From a virus (Duplodnaviria; Caudoviricetes), in the IMG/VR virus record IMGVR_UViG_3300044634_003870, positions 1 through 34,157 of that record: a stretch of 34,157 bases of DNA; one strand, written 5' to 3'. Shown in pieces: positions 19,192 through 30,900 of the stretch. A program made the position numbers and the translations under genes. The notes under the pieces were generated by a model. It did no database searches, was not told the DNA's origin, and saw only the letters and a program-made list of their open reading frames with translations. The stretch's first letter is position 1. Each line of letters begins with the position of its first letter.

Positions 19192-19219
19192 GAAATTTTA
19201 ATCCAATTTTATACTAGAA
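19192..19219 (+). promoter_or_regulatory. Putative bipartite promoter, GAAA-N19-TAGAA
   Basis: GAAA at 19192-19195 and TAGAA at 19215-19219, in the 56-nt gap before the S1 gene. Confidence 0.35.
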
Positions 19220-19240
19220 AACTATACAAACCCAAATAAT

Positions 19241-20350
19241 ATGAAAAGCAAAAATTTTAGTTGTTTCGAATACGAACTTACTGAAAGAGAAAAACTACAA
19301 TCGATGTATGACCAGACGTTCCCAGAGGAGTCTAAAAATATATCAGGTAAGGATATACAAAATAACACGTCAGAAAAAATCGTTATCACATCTGTTGATA
19401 ACGAGAAAGGGGTCGCTTTAGGAGAGACCTCTTTTGGACAGACCATTATAATAGACACCAAGAAGGAAGAGAAGAGTATGAGAAAACTCGGATACCCTTC
19501 GATGGAGGTTTCTTATGGGCAGATCTTGGATGTTGTAATTACAAAAGATGCAGGAGGTTCCTTTAATGGCTCTGTTTCTGCTGGATACGAAAAAGCTCTT
19601 AAGAGAGAACTACACAGATCTATTAAAGAAGAAGATTGTGCATTTAAAGTTAGAGTTAAGAATGTTTGTAACGGAGGATTCATGGTGGATCTATCCGGTA
19701 TAGAGTGTTTCTTACCTGGAAGCTTAGCTGCTGCAAACAGAATAATGAACTTTGCTGATTATGTAGGAAGAGACCTAAATGTTATGGTTGAGGTCTATGA
19801 TCAGAAGCGTGACATCTTTGTTGTTTCATTTAAGAAGTATTTGAGAAAAATAATAGACAAAGAAGTTCAGAATCTATCTTTTTCTACTAAATATGATGGA
19901 ACAGTTACAGGAGCTTCTAATGGCGGAGTTTTTGTTGAGTGGAACGAAATTTACACTGGTATAATTCCAATGGATGATTCTAATAGAGAATCATTATCAG
20001 TCTATAATGCTGGTGACTCTGTGGAATTCTATGTATTAGACATAAAAAATCCTCAAAGAATAACCTTATCAGTTACTCAGCCTAGTGAAAAAATGAAAAA
20101 TGTCCAAGAGATGAAGAATACTTCATCAGAAGTTTTGGGGGAAAATACCGATTTGAAAATATATAAAGGAGAGGTTACTAAAATTAAAACCTTCGGTGTT
20201 TTTGTTAAAATGGAAAACGGATTAACTGGACTTATCGAAAAAGAAAGATTAGTAGGCTCTATTAAAGAATATGAGGTTGGAGAATCGGTTGATTTTTCTA
20301 TCTTGAGTGTAGACAGTTCTACTCTCAAAATACAATTAATAGAAAAATAA
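19241..20350 (+). CDS. Ribosomal protein bS1-like protein, about four S1 domains
   Basis: RpsA domain-2-like GGFMVDLSGIECFLPGSL...YVGRDLNVMV...VVSFK. Further S1 repeats YDGTVTGASNGGVFVE and YKGEVTKIKTFGVFVKMENGLTGLI...YEVGESV. The first repeat is degenerate. Confidence 0.85.
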   Translation: MKSKNFSCFEYELTEREKLQSMYDQTFPEESKNISGKDIQNNTSEKIVITSVDNEKGVALGETSFGQTIIIDTKKEEKSMRKLGYPSMEVSYGQILDVVITKDAGGSFNGSVSAGYEKALKRELHRSIKEEDCAFKVRVKNVCNGGFMVDLSGIECFLPGSLAAANRIMNFADYVGRDLNVMVEVYDQKRDIFVVSFKKYLRKIIDKEVQNLSFSTKYDGTVTGASNGGVFVEWNEIYTGIIPMDDSNRESLSVYNAGDSVEFYVLDIKNPQRITLSVTQPSEKMKNVQEMKNTSSEVLGENTDLKIYKGEVTKIKTFGVFVKMENGLTGLIEKERLVGSIKEYEVGESVDFSILSVDSSTLKIQLIEK

Positions 20351-20353
20351 AAA

Positions 20354-21796
20354 TTGGCTAATTTACTCAGTAATGATTTTTTCTACTCTGCTAAATTGGG
20401 TTTTGAATTTGAGTTCTATAGCAACTTAAACAGAAACGAAATAGCATATGATCTGGGTAAAGTACTCGGTAAGAAAGTACTTGTCTTTAAAAAGTACCAC
20501 TCCAATTTTAATCCAACTAAGGATATATTTAAGTTAGAGCCAGATTATTCTGGTGGATCTAAAATGGTAGAGTTTATTACTGGACCGCTTCCTTATTTTG
20601 AAGCGATAGTAATACTAATAAAAACCCTTAAGTGGATAGACGAGAATGGTTACACAGATAAAAAATGTGCTTTCCAATTTGGTATGGATATAGACACTTC
20701 CATTTACCCTGATGTTCCTCCTATGTCACAAATGAACATACTCAAGTTTATCCTTGGGTTTGATGAAAATGTTGTCTATAAAAGATTCCCTGATAGAATG
20801 GGATCGCTATATGCTAAGTCTATAAAAAGAATAGTACCATCCAATAAATTTGTTGATCCTAGTAACATCTCATTTATTGACAAGAATCTTTTTGATGTTC
20901 CGTTAGAGAAGAATATGGGGATTAATTTCCTAAAGCTTCCTGATGGATATTTTGAAGTTAGGTATCTAGGTGGGAAGGATTATCAGAAAAGGTACAATGC
21001 CTTAAAGGAAGTTATTGATTATATTATCACATACACCGTAGATGTTTTGAGATTTAATCAAGGATTTACTGAAAATGATATTAAAATCCTTAAACTTTTC
21101 CTAAGCGAAATATACAAGAATTCATCCACCTTTATAGATGCTGAAACCTTTCAAAAGAACTACCCGCATTTAAATGTGATGATTGACCTTAGGTCAGATC
21201 CACAAATACTAAAGGCGTTCTTCCTTAATGTAAGGGAAGTTCTATATGATTTAATTGTGGATAACAATATAAAGGAGGGTATAATTAATTACGATAGTAA
21301 TCTTGGAAAATTCCAAATCAAGGATGTTAAAACACAAAGAGCTTATCTATTAAAGGATTATGATATACTCGAAAGTGAAATATCTGGAAATATTTTAAAC
21401 TGTAGGATTTTTACTTCCAAGCTTAATGATTGTACAATCGAGGAGTGTGATTTAATCACGAATAACGAGATAAATCGATCTAAGGTAATGGTATCAGATC
21501 TTTACTTCACAAACACAGTTCACGACACTTATATAGACAATAAGGACAAAGAAATAAACTGCGAAGTCTTTGGTGGAATAATTAGATCTGGCTTCATTGG
21601 AAAACTTGCTACAATCTCGCCTGAAACAGAAATAGTTAAAGATGGAGATGATGATAAGAAATTAAAAGGAAGTTCCAAGAAACAGCAATTCCCTAATAGA
21701 AACGAAGGAGAAGCACTTTCTAAGCCAGTGAGATTTGGAAATAATAATTCTAAGCCTTCTGGTATTCCTGGGATTAACTTCAAATCAAATAATTAA
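20354..21796 (+). CDS. Putative amidoligase (glutamine-synthetase-like COOH-NH2 ligase) with a C-terminal beta-solenoid-like region; TTG start
   Basis: Ordered motifs LGFEFEF, EPDYSG, VEFITGP, GYTDKKC, KNMGINF and YFEVRYLGG match the amidoligase pattern GxExE / DxS / E..P / INF / E.R. Confidence 0.65.
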   Translation: MANLLSNDFFYSAKLGFEFEFYSNLNRNEIAYDLGKVLGKKVLVFKKYHSNFNPTKDIFKLEPDYSGGSKMVEFITGPLPYFEAIVILIKTLKWIDENGYTDKKCAFQFGMDIDTSIYPDVPPMSQMNILKFILGFDENVVYKRFPDRMGSLYAKSIKRIVPSNKFVDPSNISFIDKNLFDVPLEKNMGINFLKLPDGYFEVRYLGGKDYQKRYNALKEVIDYIITYTVDVLRFNQGFTENDIKILKLFLSEIYKNSSTFIDAETFQKNYPHLNVMIDLRSDPQILKAFFLNVREVLYDLIVDNNIKEGIINYDSNLGKFQIKDVKTQRAYLLKDYDILESEISGNILNCRIFTSKLNDCTIEECDLITNNEINRSKVMVSDLYFTNTVHDTYIDNKDKEINCEVFGGIIRSGFIGKLATISPETEIVKDGDDDKKLKGSSKKQQFPNRNEGEALSKPVRFGNNNSKPSGIPGINFKSNN

Positions 21797-21801
21797 TTAA
21801 A

Positions 21802-22581
21802 ATGACTGAAGCGGATTTAATACAGGAAATAAGAGATGATATATCTCACTCTTGTGCATTACCATACAACTTAAATGAGCAAGAAATTAAAAGGATTATA
21901 AAAAGAGCTAGGGCTTATTTTTATGATAATTATCAATATGCTGTAGAGGATAGGATATTCGTATTAGGGAAAGAGCTTTTTGCTACCGCTTCATTTAAAG
22001 CCACAAGGCAAATACAAATGCCATCGTGCGTTAGATCTATTTATGAAGTTAGAGAAGTAAACGGATCTGGCTTAATTGGTACACCAGATAAGGATTTTGG
22101 TGATTCTAAATTATTAGGATCAGAACTTATGCTTTCTCCTTTTGCAGGGGATAATCTAGTTTATAGAACTGTTCTATATTCATTTTTCGATCTTGCTAAA
22201 GCTTATCTATTAGAAACATATGCTTTTAACTACAACAAAAACACAAAGAGGCTAACCATCTTAGGTAGAGATCCAAATAGAACATATCAAACCGCTGGCG
22301 GATCTTCTAGTACTCTTTTTAGTGGTGTTGATGTAGGAGTAAGAGCTTTTATTGATATACCAGAAGAAAATCTATACGATGATGAATTGTTTGTTAGGTT
22401 CTGTCTAGCTGAAGCCAAAATAAATATTGGTAGATTACTAGGTACATTCGAATATAATCTCCCAGGTGGTGTTAGAGTTAATTATAGCAACATCCAAACA
22501 GCAGGAACCACTGAAAAGGCTGAGATTATTCAAATGATAAAAGACGAGAACACACCTTCATACTTCTTGCAGTGGAATTAA
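21802..22581 (+). CDS. Neck (head completion) protein, T4 gp13-like
   Basis: C-terminal FCLAEAKINIGRLLGTFEYNLPGGVRVNY resembles the gp13 LPGGV motif; the length (259 aa) fits. Confidence 0.7.
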   Translation: MTEADLIQEIRDDISHSCALPYNLNEQEIKRIIKRARAYFYDNYQYAVEDRIFVLGKELFATASFKATRQIQMPSCVRSIYEVREVNGSGLIGTPDKDFGDSKLLGSELMLSPFAGDNLVYRTVLYSFFDLAKAYLLETYAFNYNKNTKRLTILGRDPNRTYQTAGGSSSTLFSGVDVGVRAFIDIPEENLYDDELFVRFCLAEAKINIGRLLGTFEYNLPGGVRVNYSNIQTAGTTEKAEIIQMIKDENTPSYFLQWN

Positions 22582-22603
22582 TTTATCATGTTATTAATCC
22601 TTG

Positions 22604-22612
22604 GAATATATA
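22604..22612 (+). promoter_or_regulatory. Putative late-promoter motif GAATATATA
   Basis: Intergenic, 7 nt before the ATG of the gp25-like gene. Confidence 0.45.
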
Positions 22613-22619
22613 GATCAAG

Positions 22620-22991
22620 ATGGCAAGATTTTCTGAAATTTATCCAAGGAATCCAGATGATCCTAATTACAAAGAGGGACTTTTACATACCGATGATGAG
22701 GTTGAGATCCTTATAGGTATGATAAAAAACTGTATGCTTTCTAGACCAGGAGAGGTTCTAGGAGATCCTTATTTTGGTATAGATCTGGAGGGTCTTATTT
22801 TTGATCTTGAGGTGGATGAAAAAACATTAAATAGAGCCATAGAATTGCACTTAATAACATATGTGCCTCTTGCTTATTCTCTTTTTAGTGTTGATTTTAA
22901 GATTGGATTTTTTAAAGGAGAAACAAGAGATGCTTGTGTTATAGATTTTGCAATAAAAGGTAACCCTATATTGGGAATTAAAATATTATAA
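22620..22991 (+). CDS. Baseplate wedge/sheath initiator, gp25-like
   Basis: IKNCMLSRPGEVLGDPYFGIDLEGLIFD fits the GPW/gp25 signature; 123 aa, directly before gp6. Confidence 0.85.
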   Translation: MARFSEIYPRNPDDPNYKEGLLHTDDEVEILIGMIKNCMLSRPGEVLGDPYFGIDLEGLIFDLEVDEKTLNRAIELHLITYVPLAYSLFSVDFKIGFFKGETRDACVIDFAIKGNPILGIKIL

Positions 22992-22992
22992 T

Positions 22993-24690
22993 ATGGATTT
23001 ATTATCGAAAAATAGAGCAAAGATATCTGATTTATTAGCACAGACTTTTGAGCTAATACAGGCAAGATATGGAATGTCTAATCAGCTTTTTACTGTTGCC
23101 TCTGTTTGGGGACAGATAATATTTGTTCTAGATAACCTTTCACAGTTTATATTGTTCTTTATAGAAGATTCAATAACAGAATTAAACATAAACACTGCAA
23201 CAAGGGAATCATCCATATATGGGTTAGCAGCTTTAGCTGGACACAATCCCACTAGAGCTATATCTGCTAAAGGTGAGGTTGTTATTAAATGGAACGGTAA
23301 AGGATTTGAAGATATTGGAGGTAGTGCAGTTCTTATACCTAAGAATTCTGAGATCAAATGTGTAAATAATGGTAAAACATACCTTCTTAAATTTCCACAA
23401 GAGTACACGAGATTAAACCTTGACGGAACTTCTAAACTTATTTGCTCGGTAGTCGAAGGAACCCTTAATGTCAACCAATACACGGGAAATGGAGGAAAGT
23501 TACAGAGCTTTAATATTTCATCTCGTGGTACTTCAAGTATAGAAAATTTTGAGATCTATGTTAAAGTTAATGGAGTAGAGTGGAAAGCATACGATTCTTT
23601 ATATGATATCCCTAGAAACGGACTAGGATATATGGTAAAGAGTTCACTTATATCGGGTATCGATCTTTTCTTTGGAACTAGTGATTTTGGTTTACCTCCT
23701 GCTCCTGGATCTATTATAGAGGTAACTTATCTTGAATCTTCTGGTTCTTCTGGTAATATTCTAGTAGATGATTCATCACAAGCTATATTTAGATTCGATT
23801 CAGATGGAACGGATTTATTTGGGAACGGAGTAACTTTAGCAGACGTTCTACAAATATCTTGTACAATTGCTCCGCAGATGGGAGCAAACCAAGAGCCAGT
23901 AGATTTAACAAGACTTATAGCACCTAAAACATCTAGAAGTTTTGTTCTTGCAAATCCAACAAATTACATAACTTTCTTTGAAAAGTTTGGACAGTTTTCT
24001 ATAATAGAAGCTTTTACTACCTTCGATGATCAATACATTGATGATGACAACGTCATATATTTAATACTTGTACCAAATATCCAATTAACCCTGAAGAGCA
24101 ATGAGACATATTTTGATATCCCTGTTTCTAGATTTAAACTAACACAGCCCCAAAGAGATAGAATAAATCAACTTCTAGATGAGAGCGGGCAAAAGATAGT
24201 TACGACGGAGGTTAAAATATTAGATCCGGTAATAAAAAAATATGTAGTTAATATTTCCATTAGTATTTTTGAAGGAAACGATCCTGATACTATAAAATCA
24301 CAGATAGTAAACACTATGAGTAACTACTTCTTAAATATTAGAAGGAGAGATAAAATACCAAGATCGGATTTGATCGCAGCAGTTGAGGAAATAGAGGGAG
24401 TTGATTCAGTAGCACTATATTTTGTTGGTGAAGAAAATGAAGCTGCAAAAGCACAAAATCCAAATTCACCCGAAATCGGATTCGATGAGTTTGGTGATAT
24501 AGTAATGGGTAAGGATGAGGTTGTTATTATCTCAGGAGGATGGGAAGATAGGAACGGGATATTCTATGATCTTGGAGCAGGAATGACTACCCTTTCATCT
24601 ATTAATATAGATGTTAGAGCTATAGTTCCTTATACATATAATTCTAGAGTTAATAATATAATGAAAAGCTCGCTAAAAACAGGAAACTAA
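22993..24690 (+). CDS. Baseplate wedge subunit, T4 gp6/baseplate-J-like
   Basis: ELNINTATRESSIYGLAALAGHNP.RA.SA, LFFGTSDFGLPP..GS.IEVTYL.S.G..GN and SDLIAAVEEIEGV. Confidence 0.85.
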   Translation: MDLLSKNRAKISDLLAQTFELIQARYGMSNQLFTVASVWGQIIFVLDNLSQFILFFIEDSITELNINTATRESSIYGLAALAGHNPTRAISAKGEVVIKWNGKGFEDIGGSAVLIPKNSEIKCVNNGKTYLLKFPQEYTRLNLDGTSKLICSVVEGTLNVNQYTGNGGKLQSFNISSRGTSSIENFEIYVKVNGVEWKAYDSLYDIPRNGLGYMVKSSLISGIDLFFGTSDFGLPPAPGSIIEVTYLESSGSSGNILVDDSSQAIFRFDSDGTDLFGNGVTLADVLQISCTIAPQMGANQEPVDLTRLIAPKTSRSFVLANPTNYITFFEKFGQFSIIEAFTTFDDQYIDDDNVIYLILVPNIQLTLKSNETYFDIPVSRFKLTQPQRDRINQLLDESGQKIVTTEVKILDPVIKKYVVNISISIFEGNDPDTIKSQIVNTMSNYFLNIRRRDKIPRSDLIAAVEEIEGVDSVALYFVGEENEAAKAQNPNSPEIGFDEFGDIVMGKDEVVIISGGWEDRNGIFYDLGAGMTTLSSINIDVRAIVPYTYNSRVNNIMKSSLKTGN

Positions 24691-24691
24691 T

Positions 24692-24937
24692 ATGGAAAAG
24701 AAAAGCTGGTATGAATTTATAGAATCTCAAAATGATGTAAGATCAAACGTGGGTTTTGATTATGAGGGTAAGATATTCGAAAAAACTCTATCTAACCCCG
24801 TATTGGGTGGAGATGCTAATAGGATGGACATATTAGCAAGTATAGAAAATGTGATTTATTCACTATTTGAAACTACTAAGTATATAAAGAACTATTTTAA
24901 TTATACTGTTTCTAAAAATAACAAATACGTGAGATAG
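24692..24937 (+). CDS. Hypothetical protein (81 aa) in the baseplate operon
   Basis: Separated by 1-nt gaps from both neighbours. Confidence 0.75.
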   Translation: MEKKSWYEFIESQNDVRSNVGFDYEGKIFEKTLSNPVLGGDANRMDILASIENVIYSLFETTKYIKNYFNYTVSKNNKYVR

Positions 24938-24938
24938 G

Positions 24939-27900
24939 ATGGCTTTTCAAAATCTTTTATTCTTTAATAAAAAAGGCGACCAATACAACTTCAAATGGAA
25001 TGGAGATTATTGGGAAGGATCTGTTCTTTTCGAAAAAGTTTCAGAAAGGCTTTTTGAGATAGAACACATATTTGTAATAGAGAAATTTCTAGATCTTTCC
25101 TCTGATATAAAATACGGATTTCCACATTCTTATGGAGTTAGTCCAGGATCTCCTGTGTGGAGAACTAGATGGGAATCTAATTACGATGGGAGAACTGATG
25201 TTTCTTCCACTATATACACTTATGAGCTGGGTGTTGATGGTGAATTGGATGCTCCTATTTTAGTTAAAGCTACGAATGTAGAATTTTATCCAGAGGTTGT
25301 AGTTGGTGATACTATATCATCTCCGGAGGGAATAATTATAAGCAGTGATATTAATCCTGCTTCGATGCAAATAAACATTGCATTAAATTCTAATACCGAA
25401 GGAATATACGACAGAACATTAATCCTAGAAGATTATACAGATCCTAATAATCCTGTGACTATAATGTCAATAAACTTCCACGGAGAAGTCGAAGGAGAGG
25501 ACAGTAGATTAGCAGTAATATTAGGTAACTTTGGTAGATCTTTTAATCCAGAGGATGCTTTAATAGTAAGGGATAGCGACATAAAAGAGGAATTTCCTGA
25601 TTATGAAATAATAAACAAGAAAAGAAAAGAGCTACTACTTACTGGGGAGACTATATTTCCCTATTTAGGATCTTATAAATCCCTATTCAATGCCATAAAA
25701 TTCTTTGGATACTATGACCTTAGAGTAAAGGAGTACTGGTTAAATATTAAAAAAGATGACGCTGACACATTAACACCTCTACAACAAAACCAAACAATAT
25801 TAAATCAGTTATCTCAGCCAAATATAGAAGGGCAAAGTAAGCTTGAGTTAATAAGCAGTTTAATAAAAGATGAAAACGAGGGTAAGTTTAAACAAGTAGA
25901 GGTTTACGGAAAAAATAAAGATGGCACTTTTGGATTAAAAAAACAACTTGATAAAATATTCCCGTCTAAGTCTTACAAGAAGACATCTCTTTTTGGCCTT
26001 TTCTACGACATAAATAAAGTAGTTGAGGATCAGGACGAGGATCAATACGGCTATCCCATTGTGGAAGACAGCTTTTTGTTTAGCCCGGAAGAGGTTCTCA
26101 TAAAACTTTTTGGCTTAAAAGAAAGACTTAAAAATGATTATCTTCCATTAAATGCTAGAATAATAGACATTACTGGGGAAGGAATATATTTTAATATCTA
26201 CAAAACTAGAGGGTGGACAGACTCAGTAGATATAAGCGAGATAAAAGGTGGTATCGAGGTAGACTTTAGTGTCTTTCCTAATGAGGGATACGTAGAGGAT
26301 TTAAGACCATTTTATATAAAGCCAAATCAATCTGGAATTTTATATCCAGCGGTAAATGGAGCTGAGCCGGGTATAAGTTATTATGGTAACACCGTGGATC
26401 CATATTCTTTTTTCCAGAAGTATCCAAAAAGTGCTATTCCTGATTTAGAATCTGCAATAGTGAGTTTTTATGATGATCAAAAAGCGGGAGTAATGCCTAA
26501 GTTTCTTGGTGACGGAGATTATGATCCACCAGGATACAAACTTTTCTCTGATGGCAGCGATTACGTTTTTCCTGCTGGGTGTCCGATTATAATAAAAAAT
26601 AACACTTTTAATCTTTCTTGGGAGGAAATAAGCGGAAGCTGGACCTCATTCGACACAACTATAACAACTACAAATTTACAAATAGCTAGTTACACAAGTA
26701 CAGCTTCTTCTAATCCTGGAGGAAATTTACAGACTGCAACAAGCACTGACACTTTTACTTTACCTACGACTTTCCCTAGCAATCTAACTATTAACATAGG
26801 AACGGGCAACAATTGGTTTAGTACAACCTCTCCACAGATTATTTTAGTAAGAATAGAATCTGCAGACAATCCTGGTAACTTAGTTCTTGGGTATTGTAGC
26901 TCAGGAGACTACAACACAGTTACTGGGGACTTGTACGTGGAGTTTATGTACACTAGAGGATCCGGGGAATATTCAAACTGGAAAGTAACTCCTACTAATT
27001 TAGGATTTAGTTCTTATGTTTTTGACTACTATGAAAACTTTGTTCATTCTAACGGGTTTTATTCTTGGGATAGAATACCTTATTTGGACTTTTATGAAAT
27101 TGAATGGACCATATACAAGGATGATGATGACAAACCATATTTCTTCCAAATAACTGGGGATCTTCCTGGATTAGATACACTTGTTCATTTTTTACCTTAT
27201 GATGGGAATTACAATGTTAAGTGCAGGGTTTGGGACACTTTAAATTCCATATCACTTGGAATAAAAAGAGGCGTAGTAAAAGTAGCAAAAAGAGGAATAG
27301 AATTAAACACAATAACAAGATTTAGGGAATCTGAGACTTACAATTGGGACAACATGCCTCTTAAATGGGATAGTTATTTCTCACAGTGGCTATTCCCTGT
27401 TGAGAACACCAATAAAATAATTGATATCTCACAATTCATACAGAGCTACCCTGAGTATTCTAATAACTTTGAGGAGGGTCAGCAATGTGAAGTTCTAACC
27501 AAACTACCCGAAATAAAATCCACTTCAATTTTTGATGTTGGTGTGGATGAGATTTCTATATCAACAATAGCTAGTAATTACAATGGTAGCGGTTACGATT
27601 TAGCTACTGTGACCACTTTAACACCACACGGATACACATCAGGAAGCAATGTTTGGATATACGATTCTACTGGAGCACCATATGGACAGTATCCTATAAC
27701 AGTAACCGGAACAACAACTTTCCAAATTCCTGAGATAGAGGTTACTCCAATATCTGGGGGATATGTTTACGGTTCTGGTACAGTTAAGATAATTGCAGAT
27801 TCTGTCGAAATTGCTTCCTGTAATTTTCAGGGCGATCTTAATGCTACGTGTAGTTTACTTTATAGCTCAATAAATTCATCACCAATAAATCCAAAATATA

Positions 27901-30900
27901 AGGTTATCAATTTAATTGATTCTTCTGTTAATGGATACAAGACGTTTACTTTACAAGCCCCAAATAATTCAGGAGCTTTATGGAACGGTAAACCCGTTAT
28001 AATACAAGTTACGGGTTCTATTCTAGCTTCCCCTTCTTCCACTGCATTCTCTGGTGGATTTAACGAAACTGAAGCTTATGTGCCTTACGATTTTGGATCT
28101 CTTCCTAAAAAAGAAATGAAGTACTGGGGAACTAAAAGATTATCCTGGGACACTTTCGAAGATTTTGCTTTTGAAAAGGCTTATGCTCATACATGGGATA
28201 TGTATGATTATCATAATGATTGGTTAGGTGGTTTTGATCTTTATTCTTTACAATATGGTGATAGGGTTAGAGTTTCTGAAGACTCCTTGGGTATGGTATT
28301 TACAGAAACAGATTCGCCTGGGAATAATTATTTAGATCTTAGTGAAGCAGCAGATCAGTTAAACGATTCAATAGAGACAAATATAGATAGATTTGATTAT
28401 ATTGTTAGAGGGTTTTCTGAATTGCCAAACAACTTCTATATAAACAGTAATCCAATTTCACCAGATCTTAGCACCAACCCAGGTCCTAAAAATATCACAT
28501 CATCTTTCTATAAAATACCCGCATACTCTCCAGTTTTATTTTACCCGACTGGTATAGCTTGGGATGCTGATGGAGATATATGGGTAACTGGTGAAGACGT
28601 AGTAAAATTTGACGGATTAAACTACACCACATATGATTCTAGTAATAGTGTTATGCCTGGTGTTTCTACTCCTACTAACTGTATAAAGATAGACAGGAAT
28701 GATGATAAGTGGATAGGAATAAATAACAATTTAGTTCCTTTAGTTAAAATAAACGATAAGGATCCAACTAAAAGTATAGCTTATTCAGTAAGTGATTTCA
28801 TAGATAATTCTGGTAATCCCGTAAGTCCCATTACAGCTTCTAGTATAAATGCAATTGAGATTAACCCTCAATCTGGTGATGTATTTGCAGCATTTACTTG
28901 TAACGGATCTCCTTCATTTGATGGGTTACTTTTCTATGACTCCCATGCTAAGTCGTGGCACCTTTATACAACTAATAATTCGGAGCTTCCTTCCGACAAT
29001 ATTAGGGATCTAAAGTTGGAACATTATGGGATCAACAAATGGTATCTTTGGATAGTAACAGATAATGGACTTTCCCGATTTAATGGTGTTGATTTCAAGA
29101 ATTACAATATGAATAATTCGGGATTACCTGATAGCGATTTATATTCTATTGAAATTGATAAATTGGGTCATAAATGGATTGGAACTTCGTCTTCTTTAGT
29201 TTATTGGGATCACACGAGATGGGCGGTATGGAACAATGGAACTAATCCCGAAATATCTCTGGGTAGATTTGCAAATATCACTGAAACTGGAAATGCAAAT
29301 ATATGGTTTACTATTGACGTTGGAACATCGCCAGGAAATTCTGAGTTATATTTCTTTGATGGGTATTTCTTTACAAAGGTTCTATATAGGAATGATGGCG
29401 TAACATTAATAAATCCTTGTAATGGATTAAACGGAAAAGTGCTACTTTCTGCTCCTTGGAAAACTATTAAAAATGGGGAAACAACATATCCTAAGAATTT
29501 AATTTTTGCTACTGAGGATGGTGAGATTGGTAAGCTTGATTATGTTATACCACATATCCATGCTTCATCAAAAATTGCAGATCTCAAAGGTTGGGATTTT
29601 ATTTATCATGAGACGTCTACACCTCTACCTTCTATAGAATATATTTACAATAGTGGAGTTGGTGCTTCCCAATTAGGGTTTAATTTTATAGTTGGTCCAT
29701 TTAATGACAATATAACTTTAAATTCTGATTATACAAGACCAGTCATGCCCAACGTGGACAGATACTCTTGGTATAAGCCTGTTTGGCAGCGTTATAGCAT
29801 CGATCGTCTGAAAGATCAGTTTCCATCTTTAAACTTGGATCATGTCTTCTTATACGCTCCGCTACGAGATATTATAACAGGTAAAGCAACTAAGGAGCCT
29901 TATTGGAAAAATTCACAGATAGAAAGGATCGCACAGAAAAAGTCTAGGGATCTATTTGAGAATTTTGAATGGGTTATAACATTAGGAAACAGCAATCCTG
30001 ACCAGGGTGTTAAAGTCACTGTTGATAACGAAGGAGATATTATAGCAATAGGAGATTTTACTGGGACTATATTCATGGGTGAGGTAAACAACATAGGAAC
30101 ACAGGATGTTTATTTAAACACATTAGACCAGGGTGTTTATGTTGCTAAGTATAATAAAGGTGGAGTTTTACAATGGGCAAGAGCAATAGGGTCAACTTCC
30201 CCACAAGGACCTATATACGGAAGATCCGTTATAACTGACGAAAATGGAAACATATATGTTGTTTGTGATAATAGTCTAACTGGATTTATTGAAATAAATA
30301 AATACAACTCTGATGGGGATTCATTAAACATAATCAATATCCCGGTTACACCATCACAATTCATAGGTGATATTAAAGCAGACAAATACGAGAACGTCTA
30401 TATATGTGGCGGATTTGAAGGAACGTTAACTCTTGGAGCATTTAGCCTTACCTCAGTAGGACAGGATGCTGGATTTGTTGCCAAACTAGATTCAACATTA
30501 AGCTTTGTTTGGGCTAAGCAATTAAGCGACAGTAACTACTCTAAAGCTAATGAAATAGCAATATTAAAAGAGGAGTATTTATATTTAACAGGCGTCTTTG
30601 ACACACAAGTTAATCTGGGCACAATACAGTTAACCGGAGTTGGAAATCCGGATATGTTTGTTGCTAAACTTTATACAGGGGATGGTACATGTCTATGGGC
30701 TGATTCATTCGCTTATAACTCGTCCACATCATTTAGTGACACTTCAGTTTGTATAGATCCTAAAGGACACGTTTTAGTCACTGGATCTTTTGAAGGTACA
30801 ATAGAAATAGAGGGAACTCAGATTTCTTCTTTCCCTGGTACCACTGATATATTTCTAATTAAGCTCCTATCGACTGGAAAGCTAATGTGGATGAAAATGT

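Noticed and set aside
19189-19212. Intrinsic terminator TTGGA-N8-TCCAA-TTTT after the 1698-aa gene
   Set aside because: The stem is only 5 bp with two GC pairs and the U tract is short, too weak to call. It also overlaps the putative promoter motif.
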